Source: an uncultured bacterium (GTDB lineage Bacteria; Omnitrophota; Gorgyraeia; Zapsychrales; Aceulaceae). Taken from it: a stretch of DNA of 64,000 nucleotides. Positions 9,096-18,264 of the stretch are shown here, piece by piece. Made by a program: the position numbers and the translations under genes. The notes beneath the pieces are model-generated. The model made no database searches. It was given only the letters and a program-made list of their open reading frames with translations, and was not told where the DNA came from. The DNA lies in assembly GCA_937930175.1 (NCBI GenBank), contig CALGLP010000010.1, positions 49,347 through 113,346 on the forward strand. The letters are read 5' to 3'. The stretch's first letter is position 1; each line of letters begins with the position of its first letter.

Positions 9096-9794
9096 TTACA
9101 TCCTATTCTCAATGGTAGATCCAACCAGTAAAGTTAAGATTTCCTTTTCTTCCCCTAGCCCTTTTACAATCTTTTTCTGCCACCTTGAGGGTAAAGAATC
9201 AAAAACCTTTTTAACGGCAAGAACTTCACCTTTTTGAATCAAGGCCTTCAAAATGTCAATAGCTGTGCTTTTATCTTTGGCCGCCTTGTCTTCTTTAAGC
9301 CTGCGTTCAGAAATGATAAGTTTGTGCAAGGCAAAATGAACAGGATGCGGTAAAACGATAGAAAAATGACCAACTTCAGCGCGAATGGTTGATTCAGCTA
9401 GAAACGTTAAGAAACGGAGAGAAACAGCATTAACCCCAAGTTGTGGCAAGGGATAAGGCTTATCTAACCCCTTCCCTTTCTCAGGAACGAGAAATTCGAC
9501 AACGAGCTGTGGATGCTCCAGGCGAATGTATCCCTTCTGGCCTTTAAACCCAATAACAAAACCAAGGTCTTTTAACAATTCAGGAATGTCGACTTTTATT
9601 TTTATGTTCTTAGGCGAAGGAATGAGAAAATCAATATCACGTGTTTTTATGCCCTTTTTATATTCAATTCCCGAGAAATAATTTTCATAAAATGGAACAC
9701 ACCAGCTCCCGATCAGCACAAGATCGTTTAAAGTGCCTACGGCATGAAGCCGACTTAAAACCTCAACGCATAATTTATACTGATTCTTTTCCAC
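9096..9794 (-). CDS. nucleotidyltransferase-fold protein (AbiEii/minimal-NTase-like motif LIGSW...TRDIDFLIP)
   Basis: 232-aa ORF. The N-terminal region has hGS...R-x-x-DIDF, which resembles the pol-beta/AbiEii-type NTase signature. It overlaps the upstream small ORF by 20 nt. Confidence 0.5.
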   Translation of the reverse strand: MEKNQYKLCVEVLSRLHAVGTLNDLVLIGSWCVPFYENYFSGIEYKKGIKTRDIDFLIPSPKNIKIKVDIPELLKDLGFVIGFKGQKGYIRLEHPQLVVEFLVPEKGKGLDKPYPLPQLGVNAVSLRFLTFLAESTIRAEVGHFSIVLPHPVHFALHKLIISERRLKEDKAAKDKSTAIDILKALIQKGEVLAVKKVFDSLPSRWQKKIVKGLGEEKEILTLLVGSTIENRM

Positions 9795-10101
9795 GTAATG
9801 TGCCCTTTAAGAAACGGATCTGCTTTTTGACCTGCGAAAACAGCTTTCGATATTTAGCCCTGAGCTCCTTTGCTTCTTTGTATCGTGCAATTTCGCCTTG
9901 CGGCACATCACTCGGTTTGCCCCTATAGACAAATTTTACTTTGCCTGATTCCCGAAACAAAAGATAGTAATATTCATACCCTTTAATCTTCTTCTTGATA
10001 AGACTACCTTTGGGCAATTTTGCCAATTCTCGTTCATACGCCTTTTTCATTTCGAGAGAATTAACTAGTTCTTCTTTTAAGACACCTTTGATCACTCCCA
10101 T
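9775..10101 (-). CDS. small basic hypothetical protein, upstream partner of the NTase-fold gene
   Basis: The ORF, trimmed to MGVIKG..., is 109 aa. Upstream are a strong RBS (GGAGG, revcomp of 10109-10114) and a sigma70-like promoter. It contains KKKIKGYEYYYLLFRESGKVKFVYRGK and a Lys/Arg-rich C-terminus. Confidence 0.5.
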   Translation of the reverse strand: MGVIKGVLKEELVNSLEMKKAYERELAKLPKGSLIKKKIKGYEYYYLLFRESGKVKFVYRGKPSDVPQGEIARYKEAKELRAKYRKLFSQVKKQIRFLKGTLRGKESV

Positions 10102-10120
10102 TGCATTCCTCCTAATCATT

Positions 10121-10148
10121 ACCATACACTCTTGATAGAAGTATACAA
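10121..10148 (-). promoter_or_regulatory. putative sigma70-type promoter for the two-gene NTase module
   Basis: Read on the minus strand: TTGTAT, a 16-nt spacer, TATGGT, and then the RBS GGAGG and ATG. The position is right for the 9775..10101 gene. Confidence 0.35.
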
Positions 10149-10192
10149 TGTATGGTAACACTGTCAAGAAAAAATACTATACCTTGATCATA

Positions 10193-10219
10193 ATGGGACT
10201 GTTGCATTCTGCAACAGTC
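10193..10219 (-). terminator. perfect 12-bp hairpin downstream of giant gene 1 (possible terminator or stabiliser)
   Basis: gggactgttgca-ttc-tgcaacagtccc lies about 20 nt after the stop of the 2575-aa ORF. On the minus strand the U-tract is weak and displaced (tatttttt about 20 nt further). Confidence 0.4.
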
Positions 10220-10239
10220 CCATAGATTAATACACAAAA

Positions 10240-13200
10240 TCAGATCTTACTTAACGCGGGAATCGATTCCGGTTCACCATCTTGGGTCAGACCCAGATCT
10301 CCTTGAAATTTAACCTGAGGAATCTGGGACGCCTCAATTTCAATTGAATTTCCACCTTCGGAAAATTGAGGCAGACCCAGAAGCGCATTAAAGTTGATGA
10401 TAGGCGTTATACCAATAATCACCGGCACAAAGCCAGGGATCTTCTCCAAATCCACCCCCTGCCATTCCGCTGGCAAATTGAACTGGATCGGCGATGAGCC
10501 CGTGCGCTTAAGCTCAAGATTATCGGAGTTGAGGTCGATCCCGCCGAGGTCTTTATTTACATTTGAAGAACTGGCCACCACCTTGGCATCCGTTGAGGGA
10601 TAAAAGATTTCAGGCAGTTCTCTTTTAATTTTTTCTATTTTGTCCTCAAATCTTCTAAGGTCAAAAGCCCAGGGATAACTTTTTTCTTTTTGATAATATT
10701 TCTGAGCGGAGAGACGATTGCTAAAAAGATCCTCAAGCGGCACCGAAGGCTCAACGGTGGCCGCGACCAATAAAAACAAAAGGGAAAAGTCTTTGTTACC
10801 GTTAAAGGCCATGATCATTGCGTCCACTAACCGATATCTGTAATCCGGATCATCCTTTGAGCTTACAGCTTCCTTCCATAATTCTTTTAAGGTAGCTACT
10901 GTTTTCTGGCCTGTCGCCTCTGAGTTCTTGGACAGCCCCTTAAGAAGATTCATGAATCCTTTCGCATCCCCTTTTAGGATATATCCTTTTATTGAAATAT
11001 CAGCGTTGCTGTCTTGATCGTTATGCTCGTCTTTGCTCAAAAGTGATTTCTTCCACTCTTCACCCTCTTCATCCTCTTCTCCCTTAATCCCAAGAAGGTT
11101 CCTAACCCCTTCTCTGATATCCCAGCCAAAATAATTCATTTCTTGTTTGCTGATAGTTTTTATCTCATCGAATGGATCCTCACTTAGCCCTAGCTTTTCA
11201 GGCCAAGAGAATTCCTCGAGGTAAGGCATGCCTCCTTGAACGGAAAAAATAAATTCCTCGACATCCAAAGGACTTGGCCCAGGAAGCTTCTTTAGGCCTT
11301 CCAAGTTCATAACATAACCGGGATCAGCCGTGTTCTGGGCAAGCTCTTCTGCCCGCACCCTTAAACGCGCAAACAACCGCCCGACAATAGGATCAAATAC
11401 GTTTTCCCGAAAAGCACGCACAATACTTTCCGCCTCGCCCTCCTTCCCTTCCGTTGGCATTTGTTCATATAATCTCTCCGTCAAGATCCCCGCGGCTTCT
11501 GCGGGCTTTCTTAATTCAATTAAGCTGATAATCTCCTGCGATAGGCTTTCTTTTAGATCTTGATCAGTCAGGCGGATCCCTTGGGATTCTGCATCAATGC
11601 ATTTATTGCGAAGCCAATTAATTCGTTTGCGATCAATATCATCGATGGCAAATTTTTCTGCCCTCTTAAGAAAACTTAATGCGCTAGCGTAATCACCCTC
11701 GAGTATCAATTGTTTTGCTACCTGGATCTGAATTTCAAGCGGGGATCCGCTTTGAGACTTTTTCTTAAAAAAATCTCCACCTCTTGCAGGGTCAAGATTC
11801 TCGGAGTCAAGATCGATGCCGCCGAGCTTGTCATCAGCCCTCCGCAGATTTGTTGCACCAGTTACATCCTTAACAAGAGCCTTGGAAGTTATGTCGCTTG
11901 AGACTTTTGAAAAAACCCCTGAAGAAGCTATCCGCTGATTGATTGTATATTTTCCTTCCCAATTCTTAAGAAAAGCATCAAACCTTTTACTCTCTTCTTG
12001 ATTTTTCAGAAAAACATAAATTTTATTTGCATCGACGCGTTCGTACTCAAATTTTTTATGACCAATTTCAGATATTAGCGAACGCGGTAAGGATATCTCA
12101 ACTACGGCAAAACTATTTCGATAGCTCAAGGCGCTTTCCAAAGTGTAACGAAATAATTCCAGGGCAACATCCTGACCAGCTAGTTGACTCTCTACATAAA
12201 CTTTAGCCATATGCACAAGCCTTTTATAGCTGGCTTCATTCATATTGCCAAGACAATTCCCTCCTTTTTCATCAATGACAATAAAATTCTGGCTCGCCTG
12301 GCTTAAGGGCCTAATGCGATTCGTTGCTTTATCATAACCCGCATCATAAATTTTCTTTAAGGCTTGATCCAGTGATCCTGGCTTTGCAATAACGCGCCCG
12401 TTTTCAGTTGTTTCGCCAGATTGAATTATAAGTTGTTCGACGCCAACACCCTTTAATCCGCCGTGATACCATTTATAAGACCTAATCACCTGCTGCATCA
12501 AATACTTCATCACGCGAATATCCGAAAGAATACCTTCCGCAGTTTGTTCACCAAATTTTTCTTTCACTTGAGTCATCTGATCATTAAAAATATCCGCATA
12601 AAAACTTTTCTTAGTCCCAACAGAAATTTCCACTTCTGCAAGCACTTCGTTTAAATCTGCATCCATTACCTTAAAACTGATCAAATCTGTTTCTTCAGTA
12701 TGGCTAGGTTGATACCGAATATTTCTAAATCTTTGATTTAACTCAAGCACAGAAAGAATGCTTCTTGCTGTTTCAGTCGTTTTTCCATTTGGTGCAAATA
12801 CCATAACATCGATATCATACTTTCCAGGAAGATCTGTTCCTCTGCCAACCGAACCCTGATTAACAATTGATGCTCCAAGATTTAAACCTGATAAACTAGA
12901 AATTACATCAGAAACCGTAGCTCTTCTCCGCTCGGCTTCCGACAAGGACACTTTTAGCTTTTTAGCCAAAAACGTTAACCCTTTTGAAGAAAATTGAACA
13001 TCAACTTGAGATTGATCCCTGGGAGACTTTAGCATCAGATCTTCTAAATAAACATCAGCATAATCTCCTTCTTCCGGCGTATCCTTGCGCATTTCCTGAA
13101 TATTTTCAAAATAATCTAAAAGAGTTTTTTTCTTCTCCACCCAAGGGTGATCAACGAAAACAGGCACCGACGTGATGCTCCCTGTCCACAAAGTATCTCC

Positions 13201-16200
13201 CTGATAACCCTGATAATATGTCCGGTCTATAGGTAACTTTTCGGTCTCGACAATTCTTCCGGTGACTGTTTTTGCGTGACGATGATACCGACGCACAAGA
13301 CTGATTCCCTGAACTTGCTTTGATAGAATTTCCTGGAAAACGTCACGATTATCTTTACCTTCACGATATTTTTCTAATAGTTCTTTTAAAAAATCTTCAA
13401 ATCCGCTATCCTTTATTCGCCCAAGCAAAAGTTTCAAGTACTCATCTCTAAGGCCGGTTTTCTGCTTATCTTTTAAAATCTCTATCTGCTGATCAAGCAA
13501 TAATTGGACATCAAAAAATCGATCTTTAGAAATCTGCCCGTTAACTAAAGCTTGAAAAATGTAAAAAATATTATCCTTAGCAATACGCTCATTCTTCTGC
13601 ATCGTTAAAAGCTTGAAGAAATAAGGATTCCCTGTTTGATTCTCAACGCTATCTCCTCTCTGAATAATGTCTCCAGCGGTAATGCTCCGTTTACGTGCAT
13701 ATTCTTCAACTGGATGCCTTCCGTAGTCTACTGCATGAACAGCTCCTGCAACATTTGGATCAACAACCTGTTGAGCCTCAAGAAAATATACATCAAATTC
13801 GTGCAGAGCCTTCGGCCCAATGCCCCCCTTGAGAAGGTCCTGAGCTTCTCCCCCTTTACGTAAATAATTAAAAATAACCGTTGTTAATGCATATGACAAA
13901 TAATTCGCTTCAATATGGTCTTGTTCTGCAAATGCTCTATAAACACTTGTCAAAAGATTATAATATTTAGGCATAATGGTATTGTCATATTCGCGCAGAT
14001 CATTAAACTTTAGAAATTCTTCTAAAGAATCTGGCACATCAGTGTCTTTAAAAATATCCACAATAAATTCTTTTAAATGACTGGGATTATCAAAAGAATG
14101 TTTTTGCAGCTTAGACTCAATGGTTACCATGCCGGATGGAATTTTACGTGTCCCCTCATATTTTTTAACAACAGAAGTTGTCAAAGTCATAAGACTATTG
14201 AGATAAATATGGTAGACAGCCTCTAAAACCGAAGCAGGCTTAATGCTTCCAGACATGACTAGCCTCCTTAAATCAGCTCTTTTTGTGTCATCTTGGCAGG
14301 CTTCATAAATGCGTGAAATAACATCGGCATAATCACGAAGATCGTTAAGCTTGACGGAAATATCAGAATCAGAAGACATGGTCAACCCATTTCGTGCAAC
14401 CCAAGAGAGAAAATATATTGATGCAAGATTACCCATCCCCCGAGGAATCTTGACATTAAATATTTCGATCCCATTTGATAAAAAATAAAATTGCTCAAGA
14501 TCTTTTATCCACCCATCGTGCATAAATAATTCGTTCAGCAAAAGAGGTAAGCCTTGATCTGTATTGCTGAGCATTTTATCAACAGATTCTTTAATTTTAT
14601 CCCAATCTTGAAACGATCCTTGGTCAATAGTGTTCAATAAAAATTTCAAGATCCCAACAAAGTTAAGAGCGGTTTCTCCGTAAGCACCATGATCGCGATT
14701 AGACATAAGCGTTTGAATAAGTTTAGTATATGTCGCTGGGTTTGAAAAAACAGCATCAGCTAAATCCGGGAACCGCTCCTTAACAGATTTTATTAATTCA
14801 GCTCTAATTTCAGAAAATTTTGCATCAGATAAGGCTACAAGAATATCCAGACATAGCCTTCCTCCATTTCTTTGATCATCAAAAGCTTGCGCAATAATGT
14901 GAGATAGCGCATCCCGTGTCATGTCAGAAGTTGTTTGTGATAATTCTTTAAAAATATCAGATAATAAATCTGGACTGTTAGCAAGAGCTTGAGAAACCAG
15001 ACTCGACAAATCGCCTCGAGCTTCTTTAAGGGTTGTTTTCGCATATAAAGAATTTGTCAACGTCTTGAACTGTTCCCTATTAAGCTGTAAATTGGGGTTA
15101 TTTTTAAGGGCTTGCGCGCTGAAAAGAGATAGGTCGTCTCGGGTCTTCTCTGAGGTTTTCGGATCAGATACATAATTCAAAAGAATTTCAAGCTGGTCTT
15201 GCGTGGGTTTAACGCTTTCGTTTCTCCTAAAGACTACGACAATAGTCTCCGCTAAAGCGCCGCGCACAAAATCCGAGGTTGCCTCCTCAAGCTTCAAGAA
15301 GACATCGGAAATTAATTCTGGGTTGTTCGCAGTCGCTTCTCCGATGGCCTTTGATAAAGCGTCTCGAGTCTTCTCTGAAGTTTCCGCATCAGATACATAA
15401 TTCAAAAGAATTTCAAGCTGGTCTTGCGTGGGTTTCAAACTTCTGTTATTCACAAGAGCTATGGCGATAGTCCCCGCTAAGGCGCCTCGAGCGGCATCAT
15501 CCAAAGTTTTCCCTATTTTTTCTGTTGCGAAATCAAAAAGTGCCTGCCAATGGTAAGATCCTATAGCTAGACTCTTATATTTATAAATACCAACATAGTT
15601 TTGTTTAACGCCTTGTTCAAAATAATGATTAAAATCAACGGACCTTAAACAATCATATACAAAATCCTCAATTTGAGATAGTTGCGGGTTTTCAGGATTA
15701 AGCAAAAAAGGCAAAAGATATGTTAACGCTAAAAAATACCTGCCTCCATCATCTTTACGAATACTCAGATGGAAGAAGTTTTTAAGCTTGATAGAATCGG
15801 AAGTGACGACCACGCGTATTTTTCCGATTTTGACCGTTAAAGAACCGTTGAGCAAGGTGATTTCTGGCTTTCGGCTTCCTTCAGACAAAACCTTGTAAAG
15901 CTTATTCATCATTCTTTTTTTAAGGAATTTAGAGCCTTCATATCCACCCACACCCGCTAACATAACTGAAGCAAGTCCAATAAGACCGCCAAAAGCTTTC
16001 AACCAATAAAGATAATTATAGTCATACATGCTTTCAGCTTTTACCTTCAATAACGCTTCGAACTCTTCACCATTTTCATTCGGATCGACAAACAAAACTT
16101 CTTCCTGCATCGGAAGAGAACTCATTGTTTCGATTTCTAAGCCACTACGGTAGAATGCTCTCATGCTTTTCATGCTCTCAACGTCTTCCAGGGTAAAGAC

Positions 16201-17967
16201 GGCTTGTCCTGTATTCTTTTTTAACCCTTCGATCGGAATTAAATACACTGTAATTCCTATTTGATCGCTCCTATAAACACGGTAAGGATAACCTTTAATT
16301 ATATTACCTTCCCAGGCCCCACCAAGATTTACAGGATTGACCCAAGATTTTTCTTTTAGTTTTTCTTCCAGCTGCAAAACAATATCCTTTAGCTCTTCCG
16401 GAAGATGATCGCGAACATACGCTGATACTTTTTCGGCTGAGGCTGAACCTTCCCCGTCATAACCACCTTCTTCTTCCCCGTCTTTTTGCTTATTATCAAG
16501 AGACGGGCCGTCGATGGAGGGCTCCTGTACAAACGGCGCAACATCTAATTTATGTCCTGCTGTATCCTGAACCAAACCAATTCGTTCTTGTTTCCCAATA
16601 TCATTCCCATGATCGATTGTGCGTGCTGATACAAAATCAGGACTTGCAAGCATCAGCGACACTACGAAAGCTGTCCCTGCCAAAAACTTTGAGAATCCTG
16701 AAAAAGCTGACATTACCCTCGTTATAATTGCTGATGAAAGCTTTTTACCGCCACCCATGAACCCCCCAGAAAAATATTTTCTGGGAATATGCTTCTTGGC
16801 ATAGGGGTCAAACTCAACCTTCATGATATTGCACACACCCTTTTTGTAGGCGGCGAGGTATTGGGAGTAGATTTGATCAACTTCAGAAGTTAGAGGAGAG
16901 ACGTTAGAAGTTAGATTAGAAGAAGTGAGGGGATAGACGTTAGAAGTTAGAAGAGACGAAGAAGAATCTTTTATGTTGCTCGGATTTACCTTTTCTAACG
17001 TCTCCCTTCTCCCTTCTCCCTTCAATCCTTTTATTTTCCTCTTATCCCCATACACTTTATTTAAGATTGACTCCTTGAGCGCTGTCTTATACCACGTCGC
17101 CAGGACCATGGCATGGAACATCTGACGAAGTTTGGCAAAATTCTTGCCAACATTCACTTCTTTCTCTAAAAGAGGAATAAGGATTTCACGGACGATGTCA
17201 GAAGAGATACCAGAAGATGGAGAATTAGAAGAAGTGTTTAGCGTAGAGCGTTGAGCGTTTAGGCCTTTGTCGTTACTATCCGCTATCCGCTGCACGCTAT
17301 TCGCTTGTGCAAGATAATCCGTTTCCAGCATCACTTTCAAATGACTCTCGGTCACCAAGGCTTTATCCGTGTCCTCATACACAACTGCCTTTTCAGGAAC
17401 GATCCAGACTTTGTTAAAGGTATCCACAGGGATGTTGGTGGTGCCAAACTTTGCATAAGCCTGCTTGTAGACTTTAGCCCAGAATTCCTTGCCTGTTTCA
17501 CTATCAGGAAGCATCAAGGACGCTGTGACTTGCTTGAGGATATAATCCTGGGCCAAGAGTTCCTGGCCCATTTCTGTTTGTCCTAAGGCTTCTGGGATAA
17601 TACGGTCTGATTCATACGGTGAAAGGTTGACCCAAAGGTCTTCTTCAGGGGTAGTGAGTGTTGCTAGAAAGTAACGGGCAAGCTTTTCACTTTCAGCTTT
17701 TAGCTCATCACCGGCAAGGCCAGAATTGCCACTATCGACAATAAAATCAAATTTAAAAGGATTGTCTGGATAAACCTTAAGACCTCTTAACATCACCGGC
17801 ACAAAGCCAGGGCTTAAGTTGACAACAGTACCGGGAACGGGGAGATTGAAGATATTTTGACCTAAGGCAGGGGCAGGAACGATACTCATCAGGGTAAAGG
17901 ACATCAAAAGGCTGATAAGCACAGCCTTGAATTTGAAGGATTTTGTCTCCGTGGCGGTTAACAACAT
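10240..17967 (-). CDS. giant multidomain protein (2575 aa): signal peptide, Ser/Thr-rich repeat linker, TM segments, HEAT-like tandem repeats, pol-beta-type nucleotidyltransferase-like domain
   Basis: A single uninterrupted ORF with an RBS AGGAGA before its ATG. The hydrophobic N-terminus ends in AxA-like PAPALGQ. SLLTSNVYPLTSSNLTSNVSPLTS repeats are present. Two near-identical units read KPTQDQLEILLNYVSD..TSEKTRD. NQGSVGRGTDLPGKYDIDVMVF, followed by VMDAD and a Lys-rich helix, is the GS-x11-DxD nucleotidyltransferase signature. Confidence 0.8.
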   Translation of the reverse strand: MLLTATETKSFKFKAVLISLLMSFTLMSIVPAPALGQNIFNLPVPGTVVNLSPGFVPVMLRGLKVYPDNPFKFDFIVDSGNSGLAGDELKAESEKLARYFLATLTTPEEDLWVNLSPYESDRIIPEALGQTEMGQELLAQDYILKQVTASLMLPDSETGKEFWAKVYKQAYAKFGTTNIPVDTFNKVWIVPEKAVVYEDTDKALVTESHLKVMLETDYLAQANSVQRIADSNDKGLNAQRSTLNTSSNSPSSGISSDIVREILIPLLEKEVNVGKNFAKLRQMFHAMVLATWYKTALKESILNKVYGDKRKIKGLKGEGRRETLEKVNPSNIKDSSSSLLTSNVYPLTSSNLTSNVSPLTSEVDQIYSQYLAAYKKGVCNIMKVEFDPYAKKHIPRKYFSGGFMGGGKKLSSAIITRVMSAFSGFSKFLAGTAFVVSLMLASPDFVSARTIDHGNDIGKQERIGLVQDTAGHKLDVAPFVQEPSIDGPSLDNKQKDGEEEGGYDGEGSASAEKVSAYVRDHLPEELKDIVLQLEEKLKEKSWVNPVNLGGAWEGNIIKGYPYRVYRSDQIGITVYLIPIEGLKKNTGQAVFTLEDVESMKSMRAFYRSGLEIETMSSLPMQEEVLFVDPNENGEEFEALLKVKAESMYDYNYLYWLKAFGGLIGLASVMLAGVGGYEGSKFLKKRMMNKLYKVLSEGSRKPEITLLNGSLTVKIGKIRVVVTSDSIKLKNFFHLSIRKDDGGRYFLALTYLLPFLLNPENPQLSQIEDFVYDCLRSVDFNHYFEQGVKQNYVGIYKYKSLAIGSYHWQALFDFATEKIGKTLDDAARGALAGTIAIALVNNRSLKPTQDQLEILLNYVSDAETSEKTRDALSKAIGEATANNPELISDVFLKLEEATSDFVRGALAETIVVVFRRNESVKPTQDQLEILLNYVSDPKTSEKTRDDLSLFSAQALKNNPNLQLNREQFKTLTNSLYAKTTLKEARGDLSSLVSQALANSPDLLSDIFKELSQTTSDMTRDALSHIIAQAFDDQRNGGRLCLDILVALSDAKFSEIRAELIKSVKERFPDLADAVFSNPATYTKLIQTLMSNRDHGAYGETALNFVGILKFLLNTIDQGSFQDWDKIKESVDKMLSNTDQGLPLLLNELFMHDGWIKDLEQFYFLSNGIEIFNVKIPRGMGNLASIYFLSWVARNGLTMSSDSDISVKLNDLRDYADVISRIYEACQDDTKRADLRRLVMSGSIKPASVLEAVYHIYLNSLMTLTTSVVKKYEGTRKIPSGMVTIESKLQKHSFDNPSHLKEFIVDIFKDTDVPDSLEEFLKFNDLREYDNTIMPKYYNLLTSVYRAFAEQDHIEANYLSYALTTVIFNYLRKGGEAQDLLKGGIGPKALHEFDVYFLEAQQVVDPNVAGAVHAVDYGRHPVEEYARKRSITAGDIIQRGDSVENQTGNPYFFKLLTMQKNERIAKDNIFYIFQALVNGQISKDRFFDVQLLLDQQIEILKDKQKTGLRDEYLKLLLGRIKDSGFEDFLKELLEKYREGKDNRDVFQEILSKQVQGISLVRRYHRHAKTVTGRIVETEKLPIDRTYYQGYQGDTLWTGSITSVPVFVDHPWVEKKKTLLDYFENIQEMRKDTPEEGDYADVYLEDLMLKSPRDQSQVDVQFSSKGLTFLAKKLKVSLSEAERRRATVSDVISSLSGLNLGASIVNQGSVGRGTDLPGKYDIDVMVFAPNGKTTETARSILSVLELNQRFRNIRYQPSHTEETDLISFKVMDADLNEVLAEVEISVGTKKSFYADIFNDQMTQVKEKFGEQTAEGILSDIRVMKYLMQQVIRSYKWYHGGLKGVGVEQLIIQSGETTENGRVIAKPGSLDQALKKIYDAGYDKATNRIRPLSQASQNFIVIDEKGGNCLGNMNEASYKRLVHMAKVYVESQLAGQDVALELFRYTLESALSYRNSFAVVEISLPRSLISEIGHKKFEYERVDANKIYVFLKNQEESKRFDAFLKNWEGKYTINQRIASSGVFSKVSSDITSKALVKDVTGATNLRRADDKLGGIDLDSENLDPARGGDFFKKKSQSGSPLEIQIQVAKQLILEGDYASALSFLKRAEKFAIDDIDRKRINWLRNKCIDAESQGIRLTDQDLKESLSQEIISLIELRKPAEAAGILTERLYEQMPTEGKEGEAESIVRAFRENVFDPIVGRLFARLRVRAEELAQNTADPGYVMNLEGLKKLPGPSPLDVEEFIFSVQGGMPYLEEFSWPEKLGLSEDPFDEIKTISKQEMNYFGWDIREGVRNLLGIKGEEDEEGEEWKKSLLSKDEHNDQDSNADISIKGYILKGDAKGFMNLLKGLSKNSEATGQKTVATLKELWKEAVSSKDDPDYRYRLVDAMIMAFNGNKDFSLLFLLVAATVEPSVPLEDLFSNRLSAQKYYQKEKSYPWAFDLRRFEDKIEKIKRELPEIFYPSTDAKVVASSSNVNKDLGGIDLNSDNLELKRTGSSPIQFNLPAEWQGVDLEKIPGFVPVIIGITPIINFNALLGLPQFSEGGNSIEIEASQIPQVKFQGDLGLTQDGEPESIPALSKI

Positions 17968-18264
17968 TCCCCTTCTCCTTTATGTTCTAACAATAAAAGT
18001 ATAGACTATAAATATTATTTTTAAGCAGGGGCTGAAACGTGCCAGGAAAGCGGTTTCTTGAAGCAAGGGAAAAAGACCAGAAAACAATATTCCTCGTCGA
18101 TAAATGCACCTTGAAAGGAAAGAAGCTAAAGAAAGAGATAAAAAATAAGGCAAAAAAAGACTAAAAAATATAAAAATGAGGCTTCTTAGAGACTCGCGCC
18201 TACCTGCCCGCTGACTCATTAATAAATGTTACCGAACAAATCCTTGTTTATGTGAGGCGTGCTG

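Noticed and set aside
17980-18219. 79-aa ORF in the upstream region of giant gene 1
   Set aside because: It is a low-complexity (F/L/S-rich) translation of an A/T-rich promoter region with no RBS, and it overlaps the likely promoter of the giant gene.
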